DNA of 64,000 nt from Octopus sinensis (GCF_006345805.1 NC_042998.1:4898001-4962000); one strand, 5' to 3'; shown: positions 1-11,556, numbered from the stretch's first letter. Numbers and translations are program-made. The notes: generated from the letters alone by a model not told the origin.

Positions 1-281
1 GCATAACTCCATAACTGGTAACAGCTTTTTCTGATAGTGCTCATGGGAACTGCTCATATCCTCTCCTATGTAAAATATTTTTTATGTAATCTCAGGTTTT
101 AAAACAAACATAATTTTCTTATGGTTTCTTAAACATTCTCTAGAACAACACTATGCAGAAGACCAAATATATAGCACCCTAGGCATAACACCAGCATGAA
201 CATCCAACCTGTTGTCTCTTGAGGTCTGTGGGTGAGACTTGGAGCCAACTTGTACAAATGTAAAGCAAAAGTCAAACATAA
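1..281 (+). mobile_element. 3' end of an R4/Dong-like RLE non-LTR retrotransposon (subfamily A) running into (TAA)n
   Basis: Bases 34-63 translate IVLMGTAHIL, matching the C-terminal GTAHIL/GTSHVL motif of the RLE elements at 45.4 and 63.6 kb. The 3' UTR matches the minus-strand copy at 48906-49104, and (TAA)n follows directly. Confidence 0.7.
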
Positions 282-341
282 AATAATAATAATAATAACA
301 ATACTACTACTACTACTACTAATAATAATAATAATAATAAT

Positions 342-531
342 TTCTACAATAGGCACAAGGCCTGAAAAAGTTTTGGTGATCCTAGTGTTTCCCTGGTACT
401 TATTTTATCGACCTCGAAGGATGAAAAGCAAAGTTGAACTCGGCGGAATTTGAACCCGGAATATAAAGACGTGCGAAATGTCGCTAAGCATTTTGCCCGG
501 CGTGCTAACGATTCTGCTAGCTCGCCACCTT
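342..531 (-). mobile_element. tRNA-derived SINE family B copy inside (TAA)n
   Basis: Reverse complement of the head AAGGYGGCGAGCTRGCAGAAWCGTTAGCACGCCGGGC and the CTTTCATCCTTYCGRGGTCGATAAA core, also seen at 2.4, 11, 18 and 57 kb. Confidence 0.8.
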
Positions 532-574
532 AATAATAATAATGATAATAACAATAATAATGACAATAATAATA

Positions 575-625
<51 letters not shown>

Positions 626-680
626 TAATTATTATTATTATTATTATTATTATTAATATTATTATTATTATTATTATTAT
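532..680. repeat. (AAT)n/(ATT)n microsatellite
   Basis: Direct reading of the sequence. Confidence 0.95.
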
Positions 681-1477
681 TTTAAAGACACACACGCACA
701 TGCAAACATCGGGCACTAAATCTATTCTCGAAATTCAAATAATTACAACCCTTCCCTGCTATTGTCTCCCCATATCTCTAATATATTTTTTTCACTTATC
801 CACCCTCATTACCATTACGTATTAAACGAAGATTTATTTTCCTTCCCCTTTTAATTTTTTAATCGTCAATTCCATTTCTCTATCCGTGTTTTTACTTGCT
901 ACCTGAATTATTCTTCTCTCCTTATATTTCTACTTTCTCCACGCGTAACCGTACAGAAACATACAACTACATATTAACCTTCAGCCCTTCATTTTTTCTT
1001 GTACCTTTTGAGCATAAAACCACTAGCAGTGTTTCAACTTCCCACCCTACCTTGCTTTATTCATACATTCTTTTGTCCCCCACGACCAAAAATATTTCCC
1101 CACCCTTGTCCCTTCAATTTGTCTTCTCTTCAAATACCAATGCCACTATTGAATTATCGACCCGTCCAATTCCTCCTTTCTCTCACTCCTCTATATTTTA
1201 TTTTATTTTACCTATTTATTTTCTTTCTCTTCTTCCTTCCCTTCTATTACTTATTTCCCTCCTCAATTATATATCCCTCACATACTCTGCCTTCTATACA
1301 TTCTGATTGAATCTTTCCATCGTCATGTACCGTCTTGCGACAGCGTAGCTTTTAATCTAATCAAGAATAGCCGGCGGTGTACACCTCATTTGGATTTTAC
1401 CACTTCTGAGGTTTCACTCACTATGAAGCATATGTGGCTCGGATTTCCCATACTCCATTCCGTAACTCTCCTCCCCC

Positions 1478-1509
<32 letters not shown>

Positions 1510-1584
1510 GTGTGTGTGTGTATATCCTTAAAATCCTTAAAAATGTTTTAGCCCGAAGGTCACGGCCATGCTGGGGCACCACCG

Positions 1585-1620
<36 letters not shown>

Positions 1621-1682
1621 TTTGTTCGTAATGAGATAAAAAACTAAGGCTCAGTAGATTTTAGAGCATTTATAGAGAGAAG

Positions 1683-1730
1683 GTCTTACAGGTGTTTCCA
1701 GGATGTTTATTATATCCCTTCCTCGGAGAC
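1683..1730 (-). ncRNA. Degenerate type I hammerhead motif with CCGAGGA core
   Basis: GTCT-CCGAGGA-AGGGAT..ATCCTG-GAAAC-ACCT-GTA-AGAC: stem I GTCT/AGAC, stem II GGGAT/ATCCT, stem III one change from the ACAGCTGT palindrome. Confidence 0.5.
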
Positions 1731-2409
1731 GGTGTGAGAGGATGGTTAAGTAATAGTTAATTTAGATAAGATACAAAATAGAGAGTGAGTTGGAGGAAAG
1801 AAAATAGATGTGAGATATGTAGGGATATTGCATTTGTAGATCCATTTTTCAGGCAAAATGGTATACATGTAATATTCCAATACTTTTTGAGTAAAATCTA
1901 ACAGTATTTATAATTGGTCCTTCCAAGTATCGGGTCTATACACAGTGTTTTTGAATCAAAGGTTTTTCTTTAAAGTGACCTAAAAATAGGGAGTGTATTA
2001 GTATGGTCAAATCGAAAACAGGAAGAGAGGAATAAAGAAAGAGAAAAAGAAAAGAGAGAGAAGAAGGAGAAGAAAGTAAGAAGAAAAGTAATAAAATAAA
2101 ATAATTAAGAAAAAACAGGAGTGGAATAAAGGAAAGAAAAAGAAAAGAAAAAAGAAAAATAAGGTTAAGGTACCAGTTAATGGTCAGTGGAGATAATTTG
2201 AAAGAAGGAGTGGGGTGATAAGGGGTGATTGAGAGAGAAAGGTATTAAAGATAGAAGGAATGGGTGGGTGATAAAAGGTAAAGGAGTGATAAATGTGTAG
2301 TGATAGAGTCTAAGTAGTGGGGCAGGGAGAGGAGGTTAGTAGTAATGAGAAAAGAATTTAGGAATTTGTATGGTTTGCAGGTCAGTGCTTAGTAATATAA
2401 GAAAACATG

Positions 2410-2626
2410 AAGGCGGTGAGCTTGGCAGAAACGTTAGCACGCCGGGCGAAATATGAGCTGTATTTCGTCTGTCTTTTTGTTCTGAGTTCAAATTCCTCCA
2501 AGGTCGACTTTGCCTTTCATCCTTTCATGGTCGATAAATTAAGTAACAATTTCGTACTGGGGTCGATCTAATCGATTGGCCCCTCCCCAAATATTTCGGG
2601 TCTTGTGCCTTGAGTAGGAAAGACTA
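2410..2626 (+). mobile_element. SINE family B copy
   Basis: AAGGCGGTGAGCTTGGCAGAAACGTTAGCACG head, B-box-like GAGTTCAAATTCC, and the shared core. Confidence 0.85.
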
Positions 2627-2739
2627 TAAGAAAATATATTTGTGAAGATGTATACATTAGACATGTACAAATATTTTTTATATAAATGTTTATATATATC
2701 AATATCTACACATGCAAATCATATTCGCATGTATACGCG

Positions 2740-3075
2740 CTCATGCTCATCTGCATGTATTATCGCCCCTGCATATGTAGGTATATATACCTTGCATACA
2801 TACGTACATTTTACACATACCCACATATATACATATACGCATGCACTCACTCATACATATATACACATACATAGATGTATGCACATACAAACGCATGTAT
2901 ATGCACAGATGCGCACCCACATGTATGTGCATCTGCATGTATTATCACCCCTATATACGCGGGAAAATATACATTGCATGCATACGTACATTTATACATA
3001 CTCACCTACATACATATAGCATACACTCACTCATACGTATACACGCATACATGGATGGATGCACATACAAACGAG
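2740..3075. repeat. Imperfect two-copy tandem duplication (about 182 bp) in CA/TA-rich low-complexity sequence
   Basis: CATCTGCATGTATTATC occurs at 2748 and 2930. Confidence 0.6.
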
Positions 3076-3747
3076 TATAATTAGATGGTTTTGATATTCG
3101 AGTATGAGTGAGGAATTAGATAGGGATTAGGAGTTAGAATGTAGATTTATAAGGTTATTGGGATTACCTAAGAGGTATTGTGGAAATGTACGGTATGGTC
3201 GTTTAGGCATTTGGATTTGTGATAGAATTTGAATGTGTGAAAAAAGCGGTGGTTGCATGTACTTAGTGCCTCATTATGATTATTTAGCAATGTTGGAGAG
3301 TTGTGCTTTAATATGTGAAGTACCTCCTTAAGGCAAAGTTTTCAGGTTGAGCGTTGACCTCAGTAGGGAAGTCCAGAGTCCAGTATGGACCATGATAGAG
3401 TATAGGGTATATTTGTATTTTTGAGAGGCTGTATGTGGTTGGCGAGTATTGTAGATTTACTATATTTATCGTATCTAAAATAATGGAGGTGAGTGGCATA
3501 TCGTTGCTTAAAATTTTTGGTTGATCCTATGTATATGGCTGTAGAGTTATGTAACAAATTAAGGACCGTAAATTACATTATATCTTCTACAATGGGTTTG
3601 TAACGGGCAGATTGTTCCAGGACGGTAATTACATTTAAGTGAATTTTGGGGAGCGTGTTCGGTAATAGATGAGGTAGTATCGTCAGAGGAGAGATTATAG
3701 AAGGGGGTGGAAGATTCTATGTTATTATTATTTATTATTATTATTAA

Positions 3748-3798
<51 letters not shown>

Positions 3799-4638
3799 TA
3801 TTATTATTATTAACGTTATCATTACTATCGTTGGTATTACTACTATTGTTGTTAATAATTGTACTATTTGTAAGGACGATAGAGATTGTGTTGGTGCTCC
3901 AGGCAGTGTCAGTAGGATGGGTTGGGTTGTGGTTGTGGTCTAATATAGGGGTATTTGTACTGTAGCTTTGTGTGTGTGTTGAGTGTTCGTATTGCTAGAG
4001 TTGGGGTTATGTGAGGTTTGATAGTAAAGAGAGAGCTTTTGCTTATTAGAGGCTGCTACAATAGATTCAGAGTTGGGTGAGTTAGAATAAAATAGTTTCA
4101 GAGTGGATCGATTAAAGATAGAATTCTATTTATGTTGTCGAGAGAAGCTAGAGTCTAGTATTCTAAAGAATGATCTAGCTAAATTCTTAACGTTAAGTGA
4201 GATTGGTGGTGTGTACCACAAAATAGAGCGACCGTTACTTTTTTTAGGGGTCTAAGAGTAGAGCTATCTAAGTTATTAGATAAAGGCGTGCTATCTATAT
4301 TTTGGGGGAAGGTATGTGGGAGGCGAGGCCTGTTATTGCTATCTGTTTTGGTTGTTTTCTTTTTTGACCTAGTGTTAGATGAATGCGTGTGGGGTCTAAG
4401 TTGCCTAGGTGCAAGACCTTCCAGGGTTCCATCGACTGATGTGTGTGGTTGGTTGCGATTGTGATGGTTGTTGCGTGTTAGAGTAATTTTTTTTTGAGAT
4501 ATGCATTGTTTCAGCCTGGTTTTATGGATGTATTCTATTTGTTGCACCTATATATATACATATAACCAGGTGGTGCTATTAAGTTAGACATGGCCTGGGC
4601 CAATAATGGCCGAAACCTATCAAAGTATCAAAGTAAAA

Positions 4639-4690
<52 letters not shown>

Positions 4691-4693
<3 letters not shown>

Positions 4694-4858
4694 CGCAAGA
4701 ATGGCTGTGTGGTGAGTAGCTTGCTTGCCAACCAGATGGTTCCGGGTTCAGTCATACTGCATGGCACCTTGGGCTAGTGTCTTCTACTACAGCCTCGGGC
4801 CGACCAAAGTCTTGTGAGGGAACTCGGTAGACGGAAATTGAAATAAGCCCGTCGTATA
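4691..4858 (+). mobile_element. SINE family A, 5' half
   Basis: AGGCGCA..GGCTGTGTGGT.AGTAGCTTGC head and ACCTTGGGC.AGTGTCTT core. The matching 3' half is at 7620-7832. Confidence 0.8.
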
Positions 4859-4873
4859 CATATATATATATAC

Positions 4874-4918
<45 letters not shown>

Positions 4919-5159
4919 TAAATGAGGGTGAAAAATCGATATTAATTTAATAATACCGTCAATTTAACACCAAGTGGCTTAGCACAAAAAACTACGGAGG
5001 AAATACAAATTTATACATAAATTATTAGAGAGTCATCCACTATGTGGATAACTCTAGTGCTAAAAATAGCTCCGAAGCAACCACAGAAGATCCGTTTCCA
5101 ACTAGAATCAACACACATTTAACTGAAGGAAAGTGAAATACAACGAATAAAATAGATTG

Positions 5160-5235
5160 ACTCTATACAATTGTTTCATTACTAATGCAATATGTAGTTT
5201 TACTTACACTTGCATCTATAAATCTTCGGTAGAGT
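5160..5235 (-). ncRNA. Type I hammerhead-like motif, array 1 inverted copy
   Basis: Reverse complement of the motif at 5855-5930. Confidence 0.6.
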
Positions 5236-5854
5236 TTGTCAGAAATGCAATTAATTAGATCGATTCGGGCGTCAAAAACACGAGCGGTCCAACCAATTAC
5301 ATTTTTAGTTATGTCTCAAATTCCGCGCCAAAAGCATGCCTAGACTCCATTGGAAACGTATGCCGCATCAAATAAAATATTAACTGCCGCGTAGTTAAAT
5401 TTATAAAATTATAAATGAGGGTGAAAAATCGATATTAATTTAATAATACCGTCAATTTAACACCAAGTGGCTTAGCACAAAAAACTACGGAGGAAATACA
5501 AATTTATACATAAATTATTAGAGAGTCATCCACTATGTGGATAACTCTAGTGCTAAAAATAGCTCCGAAGCAACCACAGAAGATCCGTTTCCAACTAGAA
5601 TCAACACACATTTAACTGAAGGAAAGTGAAATACAACGAATAAAATAGATTGACTCTATACAATTGTTTCATTACTTATAATTTTATAAATTTAACTACG
5701 CGGCAGTCAATATTTTATTTGATGCGGCATACGTTTCCAATGGAGTCTAGGCATGCTTTTGGCGCGGAATTTGAGACATAACTAAAAATGTAATTGGTTG
5801 GACCGCTCGTGTTTTTGACGCCCGAATCGATCTAATTAATTGCATTTCTGACAA

Positions 5855-5930
5855 ACTCTACCGAAGATTTATAGATGCAAGTGTAAGTAAAACTACATAT
5901 TGCATTAGTAATGAAACAATTGTATAGAGT
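5855..5930 (+). ncRNA. Type I hammerhead-like motif with CCGAAGA core; further copies at 6347-6422, 6840-6915 and 7332-7407
   Basis: ACTCTA-CCGAAGA-[TTTA..ATGCAA..TTGCAT..TAAT]-GAAAC-AATT-GTA-TAGAGT: 6-bp stem I, palindromic ACAATTGT stem III, GUA triplet. Deviations are U4C and a U.U pair closing stem II. Confidence 0.62.
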
Positions 5931-7547
5931 CAATCTATTTTATTCGTTGTATTTCACTTTCCTTCAGTTAAATGTGTGTTGATTCTAGTTGGAAACGGAT
6001 CTTCTGTGGTTGCTTCGGAGCTATTTTTAGCACTAGAGTTATCCACATAGTGGATGACTCTCTAATAATTTATGTATAAATTTGTATTTCCTCCGTAGTT
6101 TTTTGTGCTAAGCCACTTGGTGTTAAATTGACGGTATTATTAAATAATATCGATTTTTCACCCTCATTTATAATTTTATAAATTTAACTACGCGGCAGTC
6201 AATATTTTATTTGATGCGGCATACGTTTCCAATGGAGTCTAGGCATGCTTTTGGCGCGGAATTTGAGACATAACTAAAAATGTAATTGGTTGGACCGCTC
6301 GTGTTTTTGACGCCCGAATCGATCTAATTAATTGCATTTCTGACAAACTCTACCGAAGATTTATAGATGCAAGTGTAAGTAAAACTACATATTGCATTAG
6401 TAATGAAACAATTGTATAGAGTCAATCTATTTTATTCGTTGTATTTCACTTTCCTTCAGTTAAATGTGTGTTGATTCTAGTTGGAAACGGATCTTCTGTG
6501 GTTGCTTCGGAGCTATTTTTAGCACTAGAGTTATCCACATAGTGGATGACTCTCTAATAATTTATGTATAAATTTGTATTTCCTCCGTAGTTTTTTGTGC
6601 TAAGCCACTTGGTGTTAAATTGACGGTATTATTAAATTAATATCGATTTTTCACCCTCATTTATAATTTTATAAATTTAACTACGCGGCAGTCAATATTT
6701 TATTTGATGCGGCATACGTTTCCAATGGAGTCTAGGCATGCTTTTGGCGCGGAATTTGAGACATAACTAAAAATGTAATTGGTTGGACCGCTCGTGTTTT
6801 TGACGCCCGAATCGATCTAATTAATTGCATTTCTGACAAACTCTACCGAAGATTTATAGATGCAAGTGTAAGTAAAACTACATATTGCATTAGTAATGAA
6901 ACAATTGTATAGAGTCAATCTATTTTATTCGTTGTATTTCACTTTCCTTCAGTTAAATGTGTGTTGATTCTAGTTGGAAACGGATCTTCTGTGGTTGCTT
7001 CGGAGCTATTTTTAGCACTAGAGTTATCCACATAGTGGATGACTCTCTAATAATTTATGTATAAATTGTATTTCCTCCGTAGTTTTTTGTGCTAAGCCAC
7101 TTGGTGTTAAATTGACGGTATTATTAAATTAATATCGATTTTTCACCCTCATTTATAATTTTATAAATTTAACTACGCGGCAGTCAATATTTTATTTGAT
7201 GCGGCATACGTTTCCAATGGAGACTAGGCATGCTTTTGGCGCGGAATTTGAGACATAACTAAAAATGTAATTGGTTGGACCGCTCGTGTTTTTGACGCCC
7301 GAATCGATCTAATTAATTGCATTTCTGACAAACTCTACCGAAGATTTATAGATGCAAGTGTAAGTAAAACTACATATTGCATTAGTAATGAAACAATTGT
7401 ATAGAGTCAATCTATTTTATTCGTTGTATTTCACTTTCCTTCAGTTAAATGTGTGTTGATTCTAGTTGGAAACGGATCTTCTGTGGTTGCTTCGGAGCTA
7501 TTTTTAGCACTAGAGTTATCCACATAGTGGATGACTCTCTAATAATT

Positions 7548-7609
<62 letters not shown>

Positions 7610-7619
7610 TATATCGATA

Positions 7620-7832
7620 TGTTTGTGTGTCTGTATTTGTACACCCACCGTCGCTTGACAACCGATGTTTATGTGCTTACGTCCCCGTAACTTAGCGTTT
7701 CGTCAAAAGTTATCGATACCAAAAGGACTAGGCTTACAAAGAATAGGCCCTGGGATCGATTTGTTCGACTAAAAGTTGCTGCTCTAGCATGGCAGCAGTC
7801 AAATGACTGAAACAAATAAAAGAATAACAGAA
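7620..7832 (+). mobile_element. SINE family A, 3' half
   Basis: GCTTGACAACCGATG...GCATGGC.GCAGTCAAATGACTGAAAC tail. Confidence 0.8.
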
Positions 7833-7854
7833 TATATATATATTTATGTGTGTG

Positions 7855-7972
7855 TCTATGTGTCAGTGTTTGTCCCCCTGTCATTGCCTATAACCGATGT
7901 CGTGTTTACGTCCTCGGAACTTAGCAGTTCGGCAGAAGAACCGATAAAATAAGTACTATGTTTACAAAGAAT
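7855..7972 (+). mobile_element. Partial SINE family A 3' half
   Basis: Similar to the CTTAGCRGTTCGGCA..AGA.CCGATA segment of other copies. Confidence 0.6.
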
Positions 7973-7984
7973 ATATATATATAT

Positions 7985-8194
7985 TCTTTTATTCTTTTAC
8001 TTGTTTCAGCCATTTGATTGCAGCCATGCTGGAGCACCGCCTTTAGTCGAGCAAATCAACAACAGGATTTATCCTTTGTAAGCCTAATACTTATTCTATC
8101 GATCTCTTTTGCCGAACCGCTAGTGCTATAAACATACCAGCATCTGTTGTCAAGTGTTGTTGGGCGGACTAACACAGACATATATATATATGTA

Positions 8195-8264
<70 letters not shown>

Positions 8265-8416
8265 GGGCTTCCTTCAGTTTCCATCAACCAAATCCACTCA
8301 CAAGGCCTTGGTCAGCCCGAAACTGTAGTAGAAGACAGTTGCCCAAGGTACCACGCAGTGGGGCTGAACCCGGAACTATGTGGTAGATAAGCAAGCTACT
8401 TACCACACAGTTACTC

Positions 8417-8417
<1 letters not shown>
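7985..8417 (-). mobile_element. SINE family A, near full length
   Basis: Reverse complement of head, internal (TA)n and tail. Confidence 0.85.
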
Positions 8418-8470
<53 letters not shown>

Positions 8471-9053
8471 TATATATATATATACACACACACACATATA
8501 TATATATATACACACATATATATATATACACATAAATATACAGCTCTTCTTATTCTTATTCTACCTCACTTCTTCATTTTTATCTTTTTTTATAGGTTTT
8601 ATGTATAATGAATTATGATTAATTTTTGTTCATTTCTTTCTTTACTCCCTACATTAAAAACCATAAATTCATGCATATCACCATGATACACACTCATACG
8701 CACGCTCCCTCTCAAAAGGCGCAAATATACGTATAAACATGCGCACGCATAAACCCATTCGCATATAGACACTCGCATACCGAATGATATATGTATGTGT
8801 GTGTGTGTGTGTGAGTGTGTGTGCATGTGTCTATTTATACATTTACACATATTTTTTAAATTTCACTCTGACATATTATTTGTAGCAATTCATGAGGCTG
8901 GCAGTTCCTCTGTCAGTTTGTTCCCTTTCTCTTTATATATATTTATCTGTACAAACGCCTATGTGATCATGCAGAAATCCATAACTCCGTCGGGCTGTCG
9001 ATGTATAAAACACACGCACGCACACACAAACATGCATACATATGCACATACAT

Positions 9054-9112
<59 letters not shown>

Positions 9113-9438
9113 CACACATATGCATGCATGTATGTATAGATATGTACTTGTGTATCTGTATATCTATCAATATTTCTCTCAATAAGTATATATGTTTCCG
9201 ATTAATTTGGAGGGGGAACAAGAAGAAAACACAATTGTAAGGGTAAACGGAAACAGGTAAATGAAAACAAATAAATAATTTAAGAATAAAATTTAACTAC
9301 AGTATCATCTAAAAGATAAAAATATGAGTGTGCGAATAGTTACACATACAAGGACGAACATACATACATGCTCATATATATGAGTATATGTATATGGATA
9401 TGTATATGGTGTTGTATATAACTACCTAGCTGTCTCAA

Positions 9439-9476
<38 letters not shown>

Positions 9477-9977
9477 ATGTATATATGTGGGCGTGTGCGG
9501 ATGTATATTCTGTAGAGTGGAACAAGGTTTAACCGAATTGCTCAGGGTGCTTCCATTCCTTATTTTCACCTCATTATTAATTAAGAGGTCAGCAGTCATT
9601 CCAAGGAAATGTTATCATTACTGTCCATACAACCACACAAACATTAATCTATGTCCAGCCGAACACCTGTTGAGAGATGTCTTAAATATAGGAAAATCTT
9701 TAATTATATCGCATTTCTTGAGACTGGCCTCACAGAATTTTGGTAGAATTAAGTCTGTTAAATTCAAATCCAGTTTTTCCATCTTAAAACCTATGGAAAT
9801 GGTGCCATGCGAACCGCGATCATATGGTGCAAATAAAGGGGCAACAGCGTAGTGAGAGCTGGAGTGGGCGGACTTAATCTGACAGTCACCAGGTGGGGGA
9901 TACACTTACTCTAATGAAAATATTTTCCTGTAGCATAGTCACAAACTATGGATCGACGTTTTGTACATTCCCAGATC

Positions 9978-10280
9978 GGAGGTACATGGCCTGGTGGTTA
10001 GAGCAGCGGACTCGCGGTCGAGAGATCGTGGGTTCGAATCTCAGATCGGGCGGTGTGTGTGCTTTTGAGCTAAACACCTAAGCTCCACGCGGCTACGGCA
10101 GAAGGTAATGGCGAACTTCTGCTGACTCTTTCGCCACAACTTTCTCTCACTCTTTCTTTCTGCATCTTGCAGCTCACCTGCGACGGACCGGCGTCCCGTC
10201 CAGGTGGGGAACCTATACGCCAAGGAAACCGGGAAATGGGCCCTAAGAACCAGGCATGGCTCGAGAAGGAACAAACAAAC
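9978..10280 (+). mobile_element. tRNA-derived SINE family C
   Basis: A box TGGCCTGGTGG, B box GGTTCGAATCTC, and a tail with GGAAACCGGGAAA shared with the copies at 19.4 and 34.5 kb. Confidence 0.85.
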
Positions 10281-10974
10281 ATTCCCAGACACGTGATTTT
10301 CTGTTCATTTTGCAACTTACATTGAAGATTCAAGTAAATATGATCAGCGTTTCCTCAACAAAAATGACCTGAAAGTAAAGTCAATTTGATGAGAAAACCA
10401 AGTTTCTTTCAATTTCCGAAAGAGTTCTTTTATGTTCATTTCACGATTAACAAATTTCCTGTCTCACTAGAATGTCTCAGAGATTTTACAGTTGAATTCT
10501 ATTCCAGCATTTTAATTTATAGCGCAGACATGTCTGCTGTATTTATTGTGACAAATAGGTTCATTGTAGTGTAATTTGAATTATTACTTTGCTTGAATTA
10601 CCGCAATTAACTGGTTTGTTTTAGCTTCTTTCTTTATATAGGCCTGCTTTTCTGGAGTAGAATCTATGAGAGCTTGTGTGTAGGTCACTGAGTGGATTTT
10701 CATACACTGAGAAATTCGCTAGACTAATATGTAAAATTTTATTAGTAATGTTTTTGGGTGTGTACAGACAATCCGTAACTTCTATTTATTTCGTGGTTAA
10801 AAATTTGTTGACTTGCATATTATGTTTTTGTTTCAAAAGATCAAATTAGATTGGTACAACTAAAATTAGCTCAATGGAAAATTTCGATTATAGGAGGGTA
10901 TTCGATTATCGATTCACCTACGGATAGAAAGCATAATAAAGAAAATAAATTTTTGCAATATTGGTTTCAAAATT

Positions 10975-11556
10975 TGGCACAGGATTATATCTTCGTTGAG
11001 TGGCTAAGTGCCCAACTGGTACTAATTTTGTCGCCCCCGAAAGGATAAAACGGAAAGTCGACCTCGGCAGAATTTGAAATAGTAACATAAAAACGAATAA
11101 ACTGTAGTTAAGGATTTTTTGCCCAGCGCGTTAAAGTTTCTTATTTTTTTACTGCCCACAAGGGACCACACAGAGAGGACAAACAAGGACAGACATACGG
11201 ATTAAGTCAATTATATAGACCCCAATGCGTAACTGCTACTTATTTAATCGACCCCGAAAGGATGCAAGGCAAAGTCGACCTTGGCGGAATTTGAACTATG
11301 AACGCAACGGCAGACGAAATACCTATTTCTTTACTACCCATAAGGGGCTAAACACAGACGGGACAAACAAGGACAGACAAATGGATCAAGTCGATTATAT
11401 CGATCCCAGTGCTTAACTGGTACTTATTTAATCGACCCCGAAAGGATGAAAGGCAAAGTCGACCTCGGCGGAATTTGAACTCAGAACGTAATGGCAGACG
11501 AAATACGACTACGCATTTCGCCCGGCGTCCTAACGTTTCTGCCAGCTCGCTGCCTT
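10975..11556 (-). mobile_element. SINE family B cluster including a head-to-tail dimer (184-bp period)
   Basis: GTCGACC core at 11277 and 11461, with a further partial copy near 11060. Confidence 0.8.

Larger units (their letters stand above)
1620..4545 (-). mobile_element. Decayed Penelope-like element (RT thumb, Cys-rich linker, GIY-YIG endonuclease, pyrimidine-rich 3' region with HHR), interrupted by a SINE and simple repeats
   Basis: Frameshifted minus-strand peptides: ILWYTPPISLNVKNLARSFFRILDSSF (RT thumb, about 4150-4230), KCNYRPGTICPLQTHC..NVIY, then AIYIGSTKNFKQRYATH...STILANHI...SWSIL (3360-3640). An HHR-like motif lies downstream at 1683-1730. Confidence 0.75.
4914..7551. repeat. 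HHR tandem array 1: about 493-bp unit, about 1.5 inverted copies (4914-5676) joined head-to-head to about 3.8 forward copies (5677-7551), flanked by (TA)n
   Basis: Periodicity read directly (CGGCAGTC at 5701, 6193, 6686, 7178). The left arm is the reverse complement of the unit. Confidence 0.95.

Noticed and set aside
129-825. ORFs rich in I/L/N runs, and the many YI/CV/HT-repeat ORFs throughout the window
   Set aside because: They are translations of (AAT)n, (TA)n, (CA)n and (TATC)n microsatellites with no coding signal.
4585-4640. GGCC..GGCC-GAAAC half-hammerhead-like string
   Set aside because: There is no CYGANGA core or stem I/III pairing, so it is too degenerate to call.
4914-7551. 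Tandem arrays as CRISPR arrays or rDNA/5S units
   Set aside because: The units are 490-560 bp and near-identical with no repeat-spacer structure, and no rRNA motifs are recognisable.
9978-10050. tRNA-like sequences here and at 16017, 19672, 22216 and 34740
   Set aside because: They lack complete acceptor stems and continue into repeated bodies, so they are SINE heads and not tRNA genes.
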